Positions 1 through 10,697 of a stretch of 64,000 nucleotides of DNA are shown here, piece after piece (position 1 is the first letter of the stretch; every line of letters starts with the position of its first letter). The DNA comes from Candidatus Eiseniibacteriota bacterium. GTDB taxonomy: Bacteria > Eisenbacteria > RBG-16-71-46 > CAZEPH01. The notes below the pieces were generated by a model. The model ran no database searches, had not been told where the DNA came from, and saw nothing but the letters and a program-made list of their open reading frames with translations. The position numbers and the translations under genes were made by a program. The DNA lies in assembly GCA_044229145.1 (NCBI GenBank), contig JBGATO010000010.1, positions 10,022-74,021 of the forward strand. Direction: 5' to 3'.

Positions 1-148
1 ACTTACCCGAGCCCGACGGACCGACGATGGCAACCGACTCGCCGGCGTGAACGGCGAGATCCACACGGCGCAGGACCTCGAGCGTTTCCTTGCCCGAGAC
101 GTAGGTCCGGCCGGCCCCGCGGGCCTCCACCACCGGCGGCGCGCTCAT
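1..148 (-). CDS. lolD: Lipoprotein-releasing ABC transporter ATP-binding protein, 5' part only (runs off window)
   Basis: Hand translation from ATG at 148: MSAPPVVEARGAGRTYVSGKETLEVLRRVDLAVHAGESVAIVGPSGSGK (Walker A). Overlaps the lolC/E stop. Confidence 0.8.
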   Translation of the reverse strand, partial: MSAPPVVEARGAGRTYVSGKETLEVLRRVDLAVHAGESVAIVGPSGSGK

Positions 149-1375
149 TCGGCCGTCCGGATGGCGTCGACCGGTACCAGACGCGACGCTTGCCAGGCCG
201 GAGGCACCGTCGCCAGGACGCAGAGCACGAGTCCGGCCGCCGCAACGCACGCGACGTCCAGCGGTTCGACCCGCACCGGCAGGTGGTTGAGGAAGTACAC
301 GTCGCTCGGCAATCGGATGATGTCCCAGCGCTGCAATGCCCATGCGCCCGCCAGCCCGAGCACGGTGCCGCCCGCGGTGCCAATCACGCCGATCACCCCG
401 CCCATCGCCAAGAAGGTCCGCAGGATCATCGCGCTGGTGCCACCCATCGTCCGCACGATGCCGATGTCGCGCCGCTTCTCGATCACCGCCATCGACAGCG
501 AACTGGCGATGTTGAACGTGGCGACCAGGATGATCAACGACAGGATGCAGAACATCATCACCTTTTCGGTGCGCATCCAGACGTAGAGGTTTTTGTTCTG
601 GTCGATCCAGTTGGCGCTGCGCAGGTCGCCACCGACGGCGCGGCGCAGACGTTCGGCTTCCTCGCGTGCGGCGTAGAGATCCTGGATGCGCACGGCGATA
701 CCGCTCACACCGCTGCCGACGCCGAGGAATTCCTGCGCGGCGTGGAGGTCGAGAAAGCCGAGCGATGAATCGAACTCGTAGAGTCCCGTCGACACGACGC
801 CTGCCACCGGCACGCTGAGCACGCGGGGCTCGACGCGACCCAAGAGCACTTCCTCCGGCGATGTCGGCGCGGTGAGGGTGACCGGATCGCCGACCTTCAC
901 GCCGAGTTGCGAGGCGAGCTCGGCGCCGAGCACGATGCCGCGCAGCGAGTCATGCACCGCCGGCGTGACCGATTGCAGCACGCGCGTGACCCGCGGCTCG
1001 CGACGCACGTCGATCCCCTTGAGCGCGATCCCATCCACGGCGTACTCGCTCGCGATCATCGCCTTGCCGAACACGAACGGCGTGCTGGCGACGACGCCGG
1101 GTTGTCGTGCGACGCGCGCCATGATGCCGTCACTGTCCTCGAGCGTCAGCGCACTGAGCGGCGGCAGGAGGTACACGTGGGCATTGGTGCCGACGATCCG
1201 CGTTTCGAGTTCGCGCTGGAAGCCGTTCATCACCGCGAGCACGATGACCAGCGCGGCGACACCGATCGTCACGCCGGCCACGCTCACCCACGTGAGGAAG
1301 CTGATCGCCGTTGCGTGGCGGCGCACCGCAAGGTAGCGGTACGCCAGCCGGATCTCGACGGGAAGGCCCGCCGCG
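145..1375 (-). CDS. lolE: Lipoprotein-releasing ABC transporter permease LolC/LolE family; start approximate
   Basis: ORF 145..1485: AYRYL...SVAGVTIGVAALVIVLAVMNGF, FNIASSLSMAV.EKRRDIGI.RTMG, YFLNHLP. The lysS/lolE junction appears corrupted. Confidence 0.85.
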
Positions 1376-2914
1376 CGCGCGGTCCTGCGCAGGGTCGTCG
1401 GCCGCCCGCGCCTCGGCCTCGGCGGCTTCCAACTCGTCCGGCTCGTCGACGCGGCGCGGACGCAACTGCGGGAACAAGATGACATCGCGGATCGACGGCG
1501 CGCCGGTCAGCAACATGACGAGCCGGTCCACGCCAACGCCGAGTCCCCCGGTCGGCGGCATGCCGAACTCGAGTGCGCGCAGGTAGTCATCGTCGCGCTG
1601 GTGCGCCTCCGCGCCGCCGGCGCGGCGCGATCTGCGCGTCGGTCGCCGCGGCCTGCGCGAGCGGGTCGTTCTGCTCGCTGAACGCGTTGCCCATCTCCGC
1701 GCCGGCAATAGAAGATCTCGAAGCGTTCGGTGAGTCGCGGATCGCGCCGATGCACCTTCGCGAGCGGCGAAATCTCGACCCGGATGATCCATGACGAAGG
1801 TCGGCTGGACGATCGTCTCTTCGATGCGCGCTTCGAACACTTCGGCGATCACGTTGCCCCAGCTGGTGCCCGGCGTGATGTCGACGCCCTGTGCCCGCGC
1901 GGCGGCGGCTAGTTCCTCGGCGCTCGCCTGCATCGCGTCGAGGCCGAGGTACTGCCCCACCGCCTCCGGCATCGGCATCTTCGTCCACGGCACGCCGAGG
2001 TCGATCGTGTGATCGCCCTTCTGCACGACGGTGCCGCCGGTGACCTCGCGCGCGACGCTGCGGAACATGTCCTCGGCGAGCGCCATCACGTCGTGATAAT
2101 CGGCGTACGCCTGGTAGAGTTCGAGCATGGTGAACTCGGGATTGTGCGTCGAGTCCATGCCCTCGTTGCGGAAGTCCTTGGCAATTTCGTACACCTTCTC
2201 CATGCCGCCGACGATCAAACGCTTCAGATACAACTCGTCGGCAATGCGGAGGTACAGCGTCATGTCGAGTGTGTTGTGGTGGGTGACGAACGGCCGCGCC
2301 GCAGCGCCGCCGTAGAGCGGCTGCAGCGCCGGCGTCTCGACTTCGAGGAAGCCGCGCGCGTCGAGGAAGCCACGCAGCGCGCGCAACGTGTGGACGCGCT
2401 GCTGCGCGATGCGGCGTGCGTCGTCGTTCATCACGAGGTCGAGGTAGCGGTAGCGGCGGCGCAGTTCCGGATCGCCGAATCCGTACCACTGGCCGGGCAG
2501 CGCGCGCAGCGACTTCGACAGCAGCGTGAGCGCGCGCACTTGCAGCGTGATCTCGCCCATCTTGGTGCGCATCATCGTGCCCTCGACGCCGACGTGATCG
2601 CCGAGGTCGAGCAAGTCGAGGAAGCGGCGGTAGGTCTCGTCGCCGACTTCGTTCAGGCGCAGGTAGATTTGCAGGCGGCCGGTCCAGTCGGAGACGTCGC
2701 CGAAGCTCGCCTTGCCGTGCGTGCGGCGCGCGGTGAGGCGGCCGGCGATACGCACCACCTCACCGGAGGCTTCGAGCTCGTCGAAGTCGGCCACCGCCTG
2801 CGCGGTGCGGTGCGTGACGTCGAAACTGTAGGCGCCCCACGGTCCGATGCCTTGTCCGGCGAGCGATTCCGCCTTCGCCAGACGATGACTGCGCACGTCG
2901 TCCACTGCTGTCAC
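1376..2914 (-). CDS. lysS: Lysyl-tRNA synthetase class II (apparent indel errors near 1780, 1707 and about 1640; end approximate)
   Basis: HGKASF, FLEVETP, GGAAARPFVTHHN, YLRIADELYLKRLIVGG, FRNEG, EFGMPPTGGLGVGVDRLVMLLT. The segment EISPLAK...ERFE...EMGNAFSEQNDP is spread over alternative frames. Confidence 0.95.
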
Positions 2915-4344
2915 ACCTCCTGCGGTTGCCGCAACTCGAGCGCGTCCTTGCGGTGGTCGTCATTGAACGGCACCGGATAGTCCAGCGTGAAGCACGCGTA
3001 GCAATGGGTATCCGGGCGCACCACGGCAGCGCGCAAGCCTTCCATGCTGAGATACGCAAGCGTGTCGACGCCGATGTACTTGGCGATCTCGTCGACGCTG
3101 TGCGACGAGGCGATGAGTTCACTGCGCGTCGGCGTGTCGATGCCGTAATAACACGGGCCGACCACCGGCGGCGACGCCACGCGCATGTGCACCTCGCGCG
3201 CGCCGGCGCGGCGGAGCAGCTTCACCAGTTGGCGGCTCGTGGTCCCGCGCACGATCGAATCGTCCACCACCGCGACGTTCTTGCCGGCGAGGATCGAGCG
3301 CACCGGATTGTACTTCAGCGTCACTGCTTTGCTGCGAATGCCCGGCGTCGGATTGATGAACGTGCGTCCGATGTAGTGGCTGCGGATCAACCCATGCTCG
3401 AACGGCACGCCGAGCGTTTCGGCGTACGACAACGCCGCCGCGTTACTGGAGTCCGGCACCGCGATCACGACATCCACTGGCGCCGGCGCCTCGCGCGCGA
3501 GCTGCTGTCCGAGCCGACGCCGCACATCGTTCACGGCTTCGCCGAACACGATGCTATCCGGCCGCGAGAAGTAGATCAGCTCGAACACGCACTGGCACGG
3601 CGTCTCTGGCGCCGAGATGCGGCGACTGGTCACGCCCTCGCGGGTGATCACCACCATCTCGCCGGGGTCGATTTCGCGGATGACGGCGGCGCCCATCGCA
3701 TCGAGCGCGCAGGTTTCGCTCGCCAGTACCGAGCCGCTGCGCATGCGTCCGAGCACCAACGGCCGGAAACCGCGCGGGTCGCGGAGGCCGATCAGCATGT
3801 CCGGCGTTGCCAGCACCAGTGTGTAGGCGCCGCGGAGCAAGGTCGCGATTTCGTGGAGCATGTCCGGCAGCGTCGAGGCGTGCGAGCGCGCGAGCAGCTG
3901 CACGATGACCTCGCTGTCACTCGAGGTCGAGAACACGGCGCCTTCGCGCTCGAGTTCGGCGCGGAGGTCGCTCGCGTTCACGAGATTGCCGTTGTGCGCG
4001 ACCGCGACCGGCCCGATGCGGCAGTTGACCACGAACGGTTGCGCGTTCTCCAGGCAGGTGCTGCCGGTAGTCGAATAGCGGTTGTGTCCGACGGCCAGCG
4101 AGCCCGGCAACTTGCGCAGCACGTCGCCGGTGATGACGTCGGAGACCAGGCCAAGCCCGCGATGCACGGCGAAAGTCCCGGCGTCTGCCGCGGCAATACC
4201 CGCGCTCTCCTGGCCGCGATGCTGGAGCGCGTGCAGGGCGAGATACGCCGACACCGAGGCCTCCGGCACGCCGAGGAGACCGACCACCCCACACTCCTCG
4301 TGGCACTCCGCCAGCTCGCCCGCGAAGGGATGACGCTCGATCAC
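2911..4344 (-). CDS. purF: Amidophosphoribosyltransferase
   Basis: EECGVVG N-terminal nucleophile Cys, LQHRGQESAG, GHNRYST, VVDDSIVRGTT PRPP motif, C-terminal Fe-S Cys (HCYACF). Confidence 0.97.
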   Translation of the reverse strand: MIERHPFAGELAECHEECGVVGLLGVPEASVSAYLALHALQHRGQESAGIAAADAGTFAVHRGLGLVSDVITGDVLRKLPGSLAVGHNRYSTTGSTCLENAQPFVVNCRIGPVAVAHNGNLVNASDLRAELEREGAVFSTSSDSEVIVQLLARSHASTLPDMLHEIATLLRGAYTLVLATPDMLIGLRDPRGFRPLVLGRMRSGSVLASETCALDAMGAAVIREIDPGEMVVITREGVTSRRISAPETPCQCVFELIYFSRPDSIVFGEAVNDVRRRLGQQLAREAPAPVDVVIAVPDSSNAAALSYAETLGVPFEHGLIRSHYIGRTFINPTPGIRSKAVTLKYNPVRSILAGKNVAVVDDSIVRGTTSRQLVKLLRRAGAREVHMRVASPPVVGPCYYGIDTPTRSELIASSHSVDEIAKYIGVDTLAYLSMEGLRAAVVRPDTHCYACFTLDYPVPFNDDHRKDALELRQPQEV

Positions 4345-4922
4345 GCGTGAACTCCTTGGTCCGAGGACGACGACACGGTGGCGAGGAGATCTCCTGCCGT
4401 CAGCGAGCGGTCGAACACCGCGGCCGCGGCGAGATGCGGGTTGGCCAGCACGCCATGACCGCGGCCGCGCACTTCGGCGACCTCACGGGCAAAGCCGATT
4501 TGCGGCGGCGCCCCAGGTGCGGCGCGCAGCGCCCAGACGGTACAGCACCACGCACGCGACAGCGAGCCGGGATCACAGCCGGCGCGGCGCAGAATACCGC
4601 GCACCGTCGCGTCCGCTTCGCCGTCGTGCGGCCAGGTGACCACGACGGCATCGTTCAGGCCAGTGGGACACACCACGTCGCCGCCGGCGGCGAAGACCGC
4701 GAAGGCTTCCTTGTTCGGGTTGTGCAGCACGCCCGGACGCACCAAGGCGGCGACCGCGTCCGCGGGCGCGGTCTGCGTCCACTCGCAGACCCACACGACG
4801 CGCCGTTCGAGAGCGGCGAGCTCGGCCGGCGAGGGATGGACACGGTGCAGCAACTCACCAGTGGATTGCGCCACCAGATCGGCGGTACGCAGCCGGACGG
4901 CCAGCCACGAGGTCGCGCTCAT
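4341..4922 (-). CDS. Putative PurS-like FGAM synthase subunit, about twice normal length (193 aa)
   Basis: ATG at 4922 overlaps the purQ stop and its stop overlaps the purF start. Two PurS-like L-x-NP motifs (VLHNPNKE, VLANPH). Confidence 0.55.
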   Translation of the reverse strand: MSATSWLAVRLRTADLVAQSTGELLHRVHPSPAELAALERRVVWVCEWTQTAPADAVAALVRPGVLHNPNKEAFAVFAAGGDVVCPTGLNDAVVVTWPHDGEADATVRGILRRAGCDPGSLSRAWCCTVWALRAAPGAPPQIGFAREVAEVRGRGHGVLANPHLAAAAVFDRSLTAGDLLATVSSSSDQGVHA

Positions 4923-5788
4923 CGGGCGCCTCCCGCGGCGTGCACGCCGAGTGCGGTGGCGAGCGACCGGAAGAACCGCCAGCCCGGTCCGGGGGCCTCC
5001 CACGTCTCGCCGTGCCGCGTCGCGAGAGCGCGGCGCGCAGCGCCCCACTCCCCGTCGAGATCCCACGCCACCTGCCAGAGCCACAGCGCGCGCTCTGGAT
5101 GCGGCATCAAGGCCAGCACGTTGCCGCGCCGGTTGGTGACCCCGGCCGCCGCATAGAGCGCACCATTCGGACTCGGATCGCCGGTGTAGGCGAACGGCAC
5201 CAACGATTCGTCGCGCAATGCAGCGGCGACCTGAGGATCGCGCGTCGTGACGCGGCCTTCGGCGTGCGCATACGGCCACGGAATTTCGGTCGCGGCCTCC
5301 CAGTCATTCGTCCACACCTGCGCGCGCGGACTCGGGGTCACGCGCACCGTCGCCCAGCGGCAGAGGAAACCGACCGGTTCGCCGGCCACTTCGTTTTGGC
5401 CCATGCCCATCTCGACGGCGCCGGGCGCCAGGCCGGGTACGAGTCCCGCCTCGACGAGGACTTGCGCGCCATTGCAGATGCCGAGCACCGGCACGCCGGC
5501 GTCGGCACGCGCGACCACCGCGTCGACGATCGCGTCGCGCGCCGCGAGCGCACCGGCGCGCAGCCGGTCTTCGTAGCTGAATCCGCCGGGAAGCACGATG
5601 GTGTCGAAATCCGCGAGCCGCGCCGGTGCGGTCGTCCACGGCAGGATCTCGGCACGCAAGCCGACCGCCTGCAACGCGCGCTGCGTTTCGTACTCGCAGT
5701 TGACACCGGGGAAGCGAATCACCGCGGCGCGCGGCACCGCCGTGTGGCTGCCGAGGTGCGAACCGTGGTGCATCGTCAGCGTGCTCAT
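4919..5788 (-). CDS. purQ: FGAM synthase glutaminase subunit
   Basis: FPGVNCE, LPGGFSYEDRLRAG, LGICNGAQ, AHAEGR, LALMPHPER. Confidence 0.95.
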   Translation of the reverse strand: MSTLTMHHGSHLGSHTAVPRAAVIRFPGVNCEYETQRALQAVGLRAEILPWTTAPARLADFDTIVLPGGFSYEDRLRAGALAARDAIVDAVVARADAGVPVLGICNGAQVLVEAGLVPGLAPGAVEMGMGQNEVAGEPVGFLCRWATVRVTPSPRAQVWTNDWEAATEIPWPYAHAEGRVTTRDPQVAAALRDESLVPFAYTGDPSPNGALYAAAGVTNRRGNVLALMPHPERALWLWQVAWDLDGEWGAARRALATRHGETWEAPGPGWRFFRSLATALGVHAAGGAR

Positions 5789-8112
5789 AGCCCGGCCTCC
5801 TCCCACCCGCCGTCCCACGCCGCGGACAACGTGGCGATGTCGAGGGTGCAGCGCACCTCCGCGCCGGCGCGCAGGACCACGCTGCCGTCCACAGTCACCC
5901 GACCGAGCGGCGTCGCCGGCACCCCGAGTTGGGCGGCGCCGCGAAGCAGCGCCTCGTCTTCGCCGACGCGTGCCTGAACCACGATGCCGCCGGTTTCGGC
6001 ACACAACGCCACCGCCTCGCCGTGGCGGTCGACGAGATCGCCGACGTCGAGGTCGCAGCCGGCCTGCAGCGGCATCAGCATCTCCGCCACGCAGGCGAGC
6101 AGGCCGCCAGCGCTGACGTCGTGCGCCGCCGCTACGTGCCCGGTGCGAATCAGATCGACCAGCCCGTGGATCAGCCGTCGCTCGGCGGCGAAGTCGAGAT
6201 GCGGCACGTCGGTACGCGTTGCCCCGGCGAGCGCATCAAACGTCGACCCGCCGAGCGCATCGCCCGGCGCGCCGAGATACACCAGACCGCCGCCGCACGC
6301 GTCCGCCGCCGCGCCGACCGTGTGCGTGACGTCCGGCACCAAGCCGAGGCACGCCACCATCGGCGTCGGCGGAATCGCCACGCCGTCGTGGCTCTGGTTG
6401 TACAGGCTGACGTTGCCGCTGACGAACGGCACCGGATGCTCGGGCGCGCCGTACAAACCGAGTCCGCGCGCGGCATCGCCGAGGCCGGCCACCGCGCACG
6501 CGAGATCGTCGGCGACGTGCGGATCGCGCGGGCTGCCGAAGTTGAGACAGTCGGTGAGCGCCCACGGAATCGCGCCGACGCAGGCAACGTTGCGCATCGC
6601 CTCGGCCACCGCGAGCACACCGCCGGCATAGGCATCGAGTGCGCACACGCCGGTCGGACAGTCGACGCTCATCGCCAACCCGATGCGCGCGCCGGGATCG
6701 GCGAGCACCACGCCAGCATCCGCGGCGCCGCGCCGCATGGCAGTGCGCCCCTGCACGTCCCCGTCGAACGCTTCGTACACCTGGCGCTTCGACATCACGG
6801 ACGGATGCGCGAGCAGCGCGCGCCACGTCGCACCCCAGTCGGCCACGCGTAGCGCGCGGGCCGGCGTGGCGGGTGCTGCTGGCGCGGGGCGCGGGGCGCG
6901 GGTGTGCGGCGTGGCGGGCGCTTCCGCCAACGCGTCGACCGGGATATCGCAGACCGGCACGCCATCGGACACGAACACCACGCGCCCGTCGGTGCGCGGC
7001 GTGCCGACGATGTACGCGCCGGCGTTGGGCGACAGCCGCGCGAGTTCGAAGTCCCGATTGAAGACCTCGCAGAACCGTTCGGCGGATTCCGCGGGCAGCG
7101 CGAGGATGTAGCGCTCCTGGGTTTCCGCACATGCCACCACGTCCGGCGGGAGGTCCGGCAACGCGCGCGGCACCGTGTCGAGATCGAGCGTGCAGCCGAA
7201 GCCGCCCTTCGCCGCGAGCTCGGCAGCCGCCGTCGCGAGGCCGCCGGCGCCGAGATCCTTGCAGCCGAACTCCACCTCAGCGAACCACAGCTCGCCGAAC
7301 GCCACCTTCATCGCCTCGGTGAGCACGCGCTTGAGGAACGGATCCGGCACCTGCACCGCGCCCGCGGACTCGAACGTGCCGTCGAGGACCGCCGAGGCGA
7401 ACGAGGCGCCACCGAGGCCGGTGGCGTCGGTGGCCTTTCCCACCAGCACGAGCACGTACTCGTGCATCGCGGCCGCGGCCGGCACACGGCTGCGTACGAT
7501 CTGGTTCTCGCGCACCACGCCGAGCGCCACCACGTTGACGAGGCAGTTGGTGTCGTACGCGCCGTCGAACGCCACATCGCCGCCGAGGTTGGGCACCCCA
7601 AGCGCGTCGCCGTACAGCGCGATGCCCCGGCCCACGCCGCGCACGATGGCGCGCGTATCGGCCGCCGCGGCTCCACGCGGGTCGCCGAAGCGCAAGGCGT
7701 CGAGCACGCCAATGGTGTCGGCACCCATGCAGTACACGTCGCGCACGATGCCGCCGATGCCGGTGGCCGCGCCTTCGACCGGAAGCAGCTGCGAGGGATG
7801 GTTGTGGCTTTCGTGCGCGAGCACGGCACAGAGCCGTTCGCCTCCCACCTCTCCGCCGGTGCCGAGCGAGACGATGCCGGCATCTTCACCCGGGCCGAGC
7901 ACCACGTGCGGGGCCTCGGTGGGCAGCGTCTTCAGCAGGTGGCGGCTCGAGCGGTACGAGCAGTGCTCGCTCCACGCCACGTCGATGACGCGGATTTCCG
8001 TCGCAGACGGATCGCGCCCGAGGATCTCGCGCAGACGCGCGGCATCCTCGGGCGCGAGGGACGGCAGCGGAAACGGGATGGTCGGGTCGGGGGCAGTACT
8101 CGTCGGGCTCAC
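5785..8112 (-). CDS. purL: FGAM synthase subunit PurL (small type)
   Basis: WSEHCSYRSS, GPGEDAG, ESHNHPS, GAATGIGGIVRD, DLGAGGL, ETQER, FVSGNVSLYN, HDVSAGG. GTG at 8112 overlaps the purB stop. Confidence 0.96.
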   Translation of the reverse strand: MSPTSTAPDPTIPFPLPSLAPEDAARLREILGRDPSATEIRVIDVAWSEHCSYRSSRHLLKTLPTEAPHVVLGPGEDAGIVSLGTGGEVGGERLCAVLAHESHNHPSQLLPVEGAATGIGGIVRDVYCMGADTIGVLDALRFGDPRGAAAADTRAIVRGVGRGIALYGDALGVPNLGGDVAFDGAYDTNCLVNVVALGVVRENQIVRSRVPAAAAMHEYVLVLVGKATDATGLGGASFASAVLDGTFESAGAVQVPDPFLKRVLTEAMKVAFGELWFAEVEFGCKDLGAGGLATAAAELAAKGGFGCTLDLDTVPRALPDLPPDVVACAETQERYILALPAESAERFCEVFNRDFELARLSPNAGAYIVGTPRTDGRVVFVSDGVPVCDIPVDALAEAPATPHTRAPRPAPAAPATPARALRVADWGATWRALLAHPSVMSKRQVYEAFDGDVQGRTAMRRGAADAGVVLADPGARIGLAMSVDCPTGVCALDAYAGGVLAVAEAMRNVACVGAIPWALTDCLNFGSPRDPHVADDLACAVAGLGDAARGLGLYGAPEHPVPFVSGNVSLYNQSHDGVAIPPTPMVACLGLVPDVTHTVGAAADACGGGLVYLGAPGDALGGSTFDALAGATRTDVPHLDFAAERRLIHGLVDLIRTGHVAAAHDVSAGGLLACVAEMLMPLQAGCDLDVGDLVDRHGEAVALCAETGGIVVQARVGEDEALLRGAAQLGVPATPLGRVTVDGSVVLRAGAEVRCTLDIATLSAAWDGGWEEAGL

Positions 8113-9458
8113 CGGGTCTCCTGTGGTGGGGATCCGAGCACACGGGCGTACAACTGCGGGACGTGGCGGAGATAGTACGTCGGGTCGAACAAGGCGGCGA
8201 GATCCGGCCGGGGGACCAAGGCCGTGACCTCGGCATCGCCGCTCAGCCGTTCGAGGAACGAGCGCGCCGGAGCGTCTCCCTCGCCACGGCCGCCGCGTTC
8301 GTAGTCGCCCCAGGCGGCGAGCGCGTGGCGCTGCACGATGGCGTACGCCGCCTCGCGCGTCATCCCGCGTTCGACCAGAGCGAGCAGCACGCGCTGCGAA
8401 TACACGAGGCCGCCGGTGAGTTCGAGGTTGGCGCGCACGCGGGCCGGGAAGACGTCGAAGCCGTCGACCACCTTGCAGGTCTCCGCCAGCATGAAGTCGG
8501 CGGCGAGGCAGGCGTCCGGAAAGATCACGCGCTCGACGGACGAATGCGAGATGTCGCGCTCGTGCCACAGCGCCTGATTCTCGAATGCCGCCATTGCGTA
8601 CGAGCGCAGCAAACGCGCCAAGCCGCTGATGCGCTCGCAGTCCACCGGATTGCGCTTGTGCGGCATCGCCGATGAACCCTTCTGCCCCTGCTTGAAGGGC
8701 TCGGCTGCTTCCAAGACCTCCGTGCGTTGCAGATGGCGAATCTCGATGGCGATCTTCTCGAGTGTGCCGCCGAGATTGGCGAGCGCCGCCAAGAGCGCCG
8801 CGTGGCGGTCGCGCTGCAACACTTGCGTCGACACCGGCGCGGCGGCCAGACCGAGACGCGCCAGCGCCGCGCTTTCGATCGCCGGTTCGAGGTGCGCGCA
8901 CGAGCCGACCGCGCCCGACATCTGCCCCACCGCGAGATCGTCGAGTGCCGCGCGCAGCCGCGTCTCCTGCCGCCCGAGCTCCGCGTACCACAACAGCGGC
9001 TTGAGGCCGAACGATGTCGGCTCGCCGTGGATCCCGTGCGAGCGGCCGATGGTCGGCAGGTCGCGCCACTCCTCGGCGCGCCGCCGGCACGCCGCGCGCA
9101 CTGCGGCGACGCCGTCCAACAACAGCCGTCCGGCGTCGCGCAATTGGAGGGCCTGCGCGGTGTCGACGAGGTCGCTCGAGGTGATGCCGAAATGGATCCA
9201 CCGCTTCTCGTCGCCGAGCCCTTCGCCAATTTGCGTCAAGAAGGCAATCACGTCGTGATGCGTCGTCTCCTCGATGACCGCGATGCGGGCCGGGTCCACC
9301 CGCACGCCAGCACGGATGGCCGCGGCCGCCCCGCGCGGCGCGATGCCGGCGTCCTCCAACGCCTCGACCAGCGCGATCTCGACGTCGAGCCAATACGCGA
9401 AGCGCGTGTCCTCGGCGAAGACACGCGCCATCGCATCGCGGCTGTAGCGCGGAATCAC
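8109..9458 (-). CDS. purB: Adenylosuccinate lyase
   Basis: IPRYSR start, THHDVIAF, HFGITSSD, GRSHGIHGEPT, GSSAMPHKRNP signature, LWHERDISHSSVER. Confidence 0.97.
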   Translation of the reverse strand: MIPRYSRDAMARVFAEDTRFAYWLDVEIALVEALEDAGIAPRGAAAAIRAGVRVDPARIAVIEETTHHDVIAFLTQIGEGLGDEKRWIHFGITSSDLVDTAQALQLRDAGRLLLDGVAAVRAACRRRAEEWRDLPTIGRSHGIHGEPTSFGLKPLLWYAELGRQETRLRAALDDLAVGQMSGAVGSCAHLEPAIESAALARLGLAAAPVSTQVLQRDRHAALLAALANLGGTLEKIAIEIRHLQRTEVLEAAEPFKQGQKGSSAMPHKRNPVDCERISGLARLLRSYAMAAFENQALWHERDISHSSVERVIFPDACLAADFMLAETCKVVDGFDVFPARVRANLELTGGLVYSQRVLLALVERGMTREAAYAIVQRHALAAWGDYERGGRGEGDAPARSFLERLSGDAEVTALVPRPDLAALFDPTYYLRHVPQLYARVLGSPPQETR

Positions 9459-10672
9459 TTGTGCGCCGCCTCCGTGAGCACCATGCGCCGCTCGAGTTTC
9501 TTGCCCTCGCGTTCGATCCCCAGCGTCATGGTGGAGTTGATCTCGGCGTCGAAGAAGGCTTGTCGCGCTTCCTCGCTGGTCGTCACCTTCTTGCCGTTGA
9601 TGCCGCGGATGACGTCGCCGGGCAGCAGGCCAGCCTTGTCGGCGGGACTGCCGTCCTCGATGGTGGTGATGAGCAGCCCTTCGGTGTCCTTGAGACCGAG
9701 CCTCTGGACCCAGAGCGGTTCGAGATTGTTGAGATCGCGCACGCTGAGGCCGATCCACGGCGTCGGCACGTAACCCTTGGTGACCAACTGGCTGACGACC
9801 TTCTTTGCGCGGTCGATCGGAATGGCGAAGCCGATGCCCACCGAGCCGCCGCTCTGCGTGAAGATGAACGTGTTCACGCCGATCACCTCGCCGTCGGCGT
9901 TGACTAGCGGCCCGCCCGAGTTGCCGGGGTTGATCGCCGCGTCGGTCTGCACCATGTCCTTGTAGATGCCTTGACTGCCGCTCGACTTCACGGTGCGGTG
10001 GACGGCGCTGATCACGCCCGCGGTGACGGTCGGCTGGTTGTCGCTGATCAAATTGCCGAACGGATTGCCGATGGCGATCGCCCACTCGCCGACCACGAGA
10101 TCGTCCGCGGTGCCGAGCGCCGCCTGCGGCAGCGATACGTTGCCCTTGATTTGCAGCACCGCGAGATCGTACGTCGCGTCGCCGCCCACCAGCTTGGCGT
10201 CGAATGTACGGCCGTCGGTGAGGGTCACCGAGATCTTGTCCGCCTGATCCACCACGTGTTCGTTGGTGACCACGTAGCCCTGCTTCGCGTCGATGATGAA
10301 GCCCGATCCCAGCACCGGCACCACCTGCCGGCGCTCCGGGAAGAACTGACCCCAGAACTCGTCGAGGAACGGGTCGGAGAACGGGTTCGAGCGCACCGTG
10401 CGCACCACCTGCGCCGAGATGCTGACCACCGATGGGCCCGCCTTCTGCGCCGCCTGCACGATGGCGGTGCGCCGGCCCTCGCCGATGTCCGCTACCGCGC
10501 CGCCGGAGCCGCGCGGCGTCGCCGCGGCCACCACTGCCGATGCGACCCCGCCGGGCGCGTGCTGCTTGCGCGCCGCGGCACTGACCGCCACCCCACCACT
10601 GACCACGCCCACCAGGAAGATCACGAGCGACACGATCCCCGCGCCGCGTCCGTGGTTCGCCGGTGCGTTCAT
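9455..10672 (-). CDS. htrA: HtrA/DegP-family periplasmic serine protease with one PDZ domain
   Basis: N-terminal TM/signal, GSGFII...VVTNEHV, DLAVL, QTDAAINPGNSGGPL, C-terminal PDZ (GSPADKAGLLPGDVI). Confidence 0.92.
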   Translation of the reverse strand: MNAPANHGRGAGIVSLVIFLVGVVSGGVAVSAAARKQHAPGGVASAVVAAATPRGSGGAVADIGEGRRTAIVQAAQKAGPSVVSISAQVVRTVRSNPFSDPFLDEFWGQFFPERRQVVPVLGSGFIIDAKQGYVVTNEHVVDQADKISVTLTDGRTFDAKLVGGDATYDLAVLQIKGNVSLPQAALGTADDLVVGEWAIAIGNPFGNLISDNQPTVTAGVISAVHRTVKSSGSQGIYKDMVQTDAAINPGNSGGPLVNADGEVIGVNTFIFTQSGGSVGIGFAIPIDRAKKVVSQLVTKGYVPTPWIGLSVRDLNNLEPLWVQRLGLKDTEGLLITTIEDGSPADKAGLLPGDVIRGINGKKVTTSEEARQAFFDAEINSTMTLGIEREGKKLERRMVLTEAAHK

Positions 10673-10697
10673 TGTGCGTCCTCCTCGCCCGTGCGGC

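Noticed and set aside
1376-2914. lysS as a pseudogene or programmed frameshift
   Set aside because: It is an essential gene, all motifs are present across the frames, and the breaks resemble homopolymer errors.
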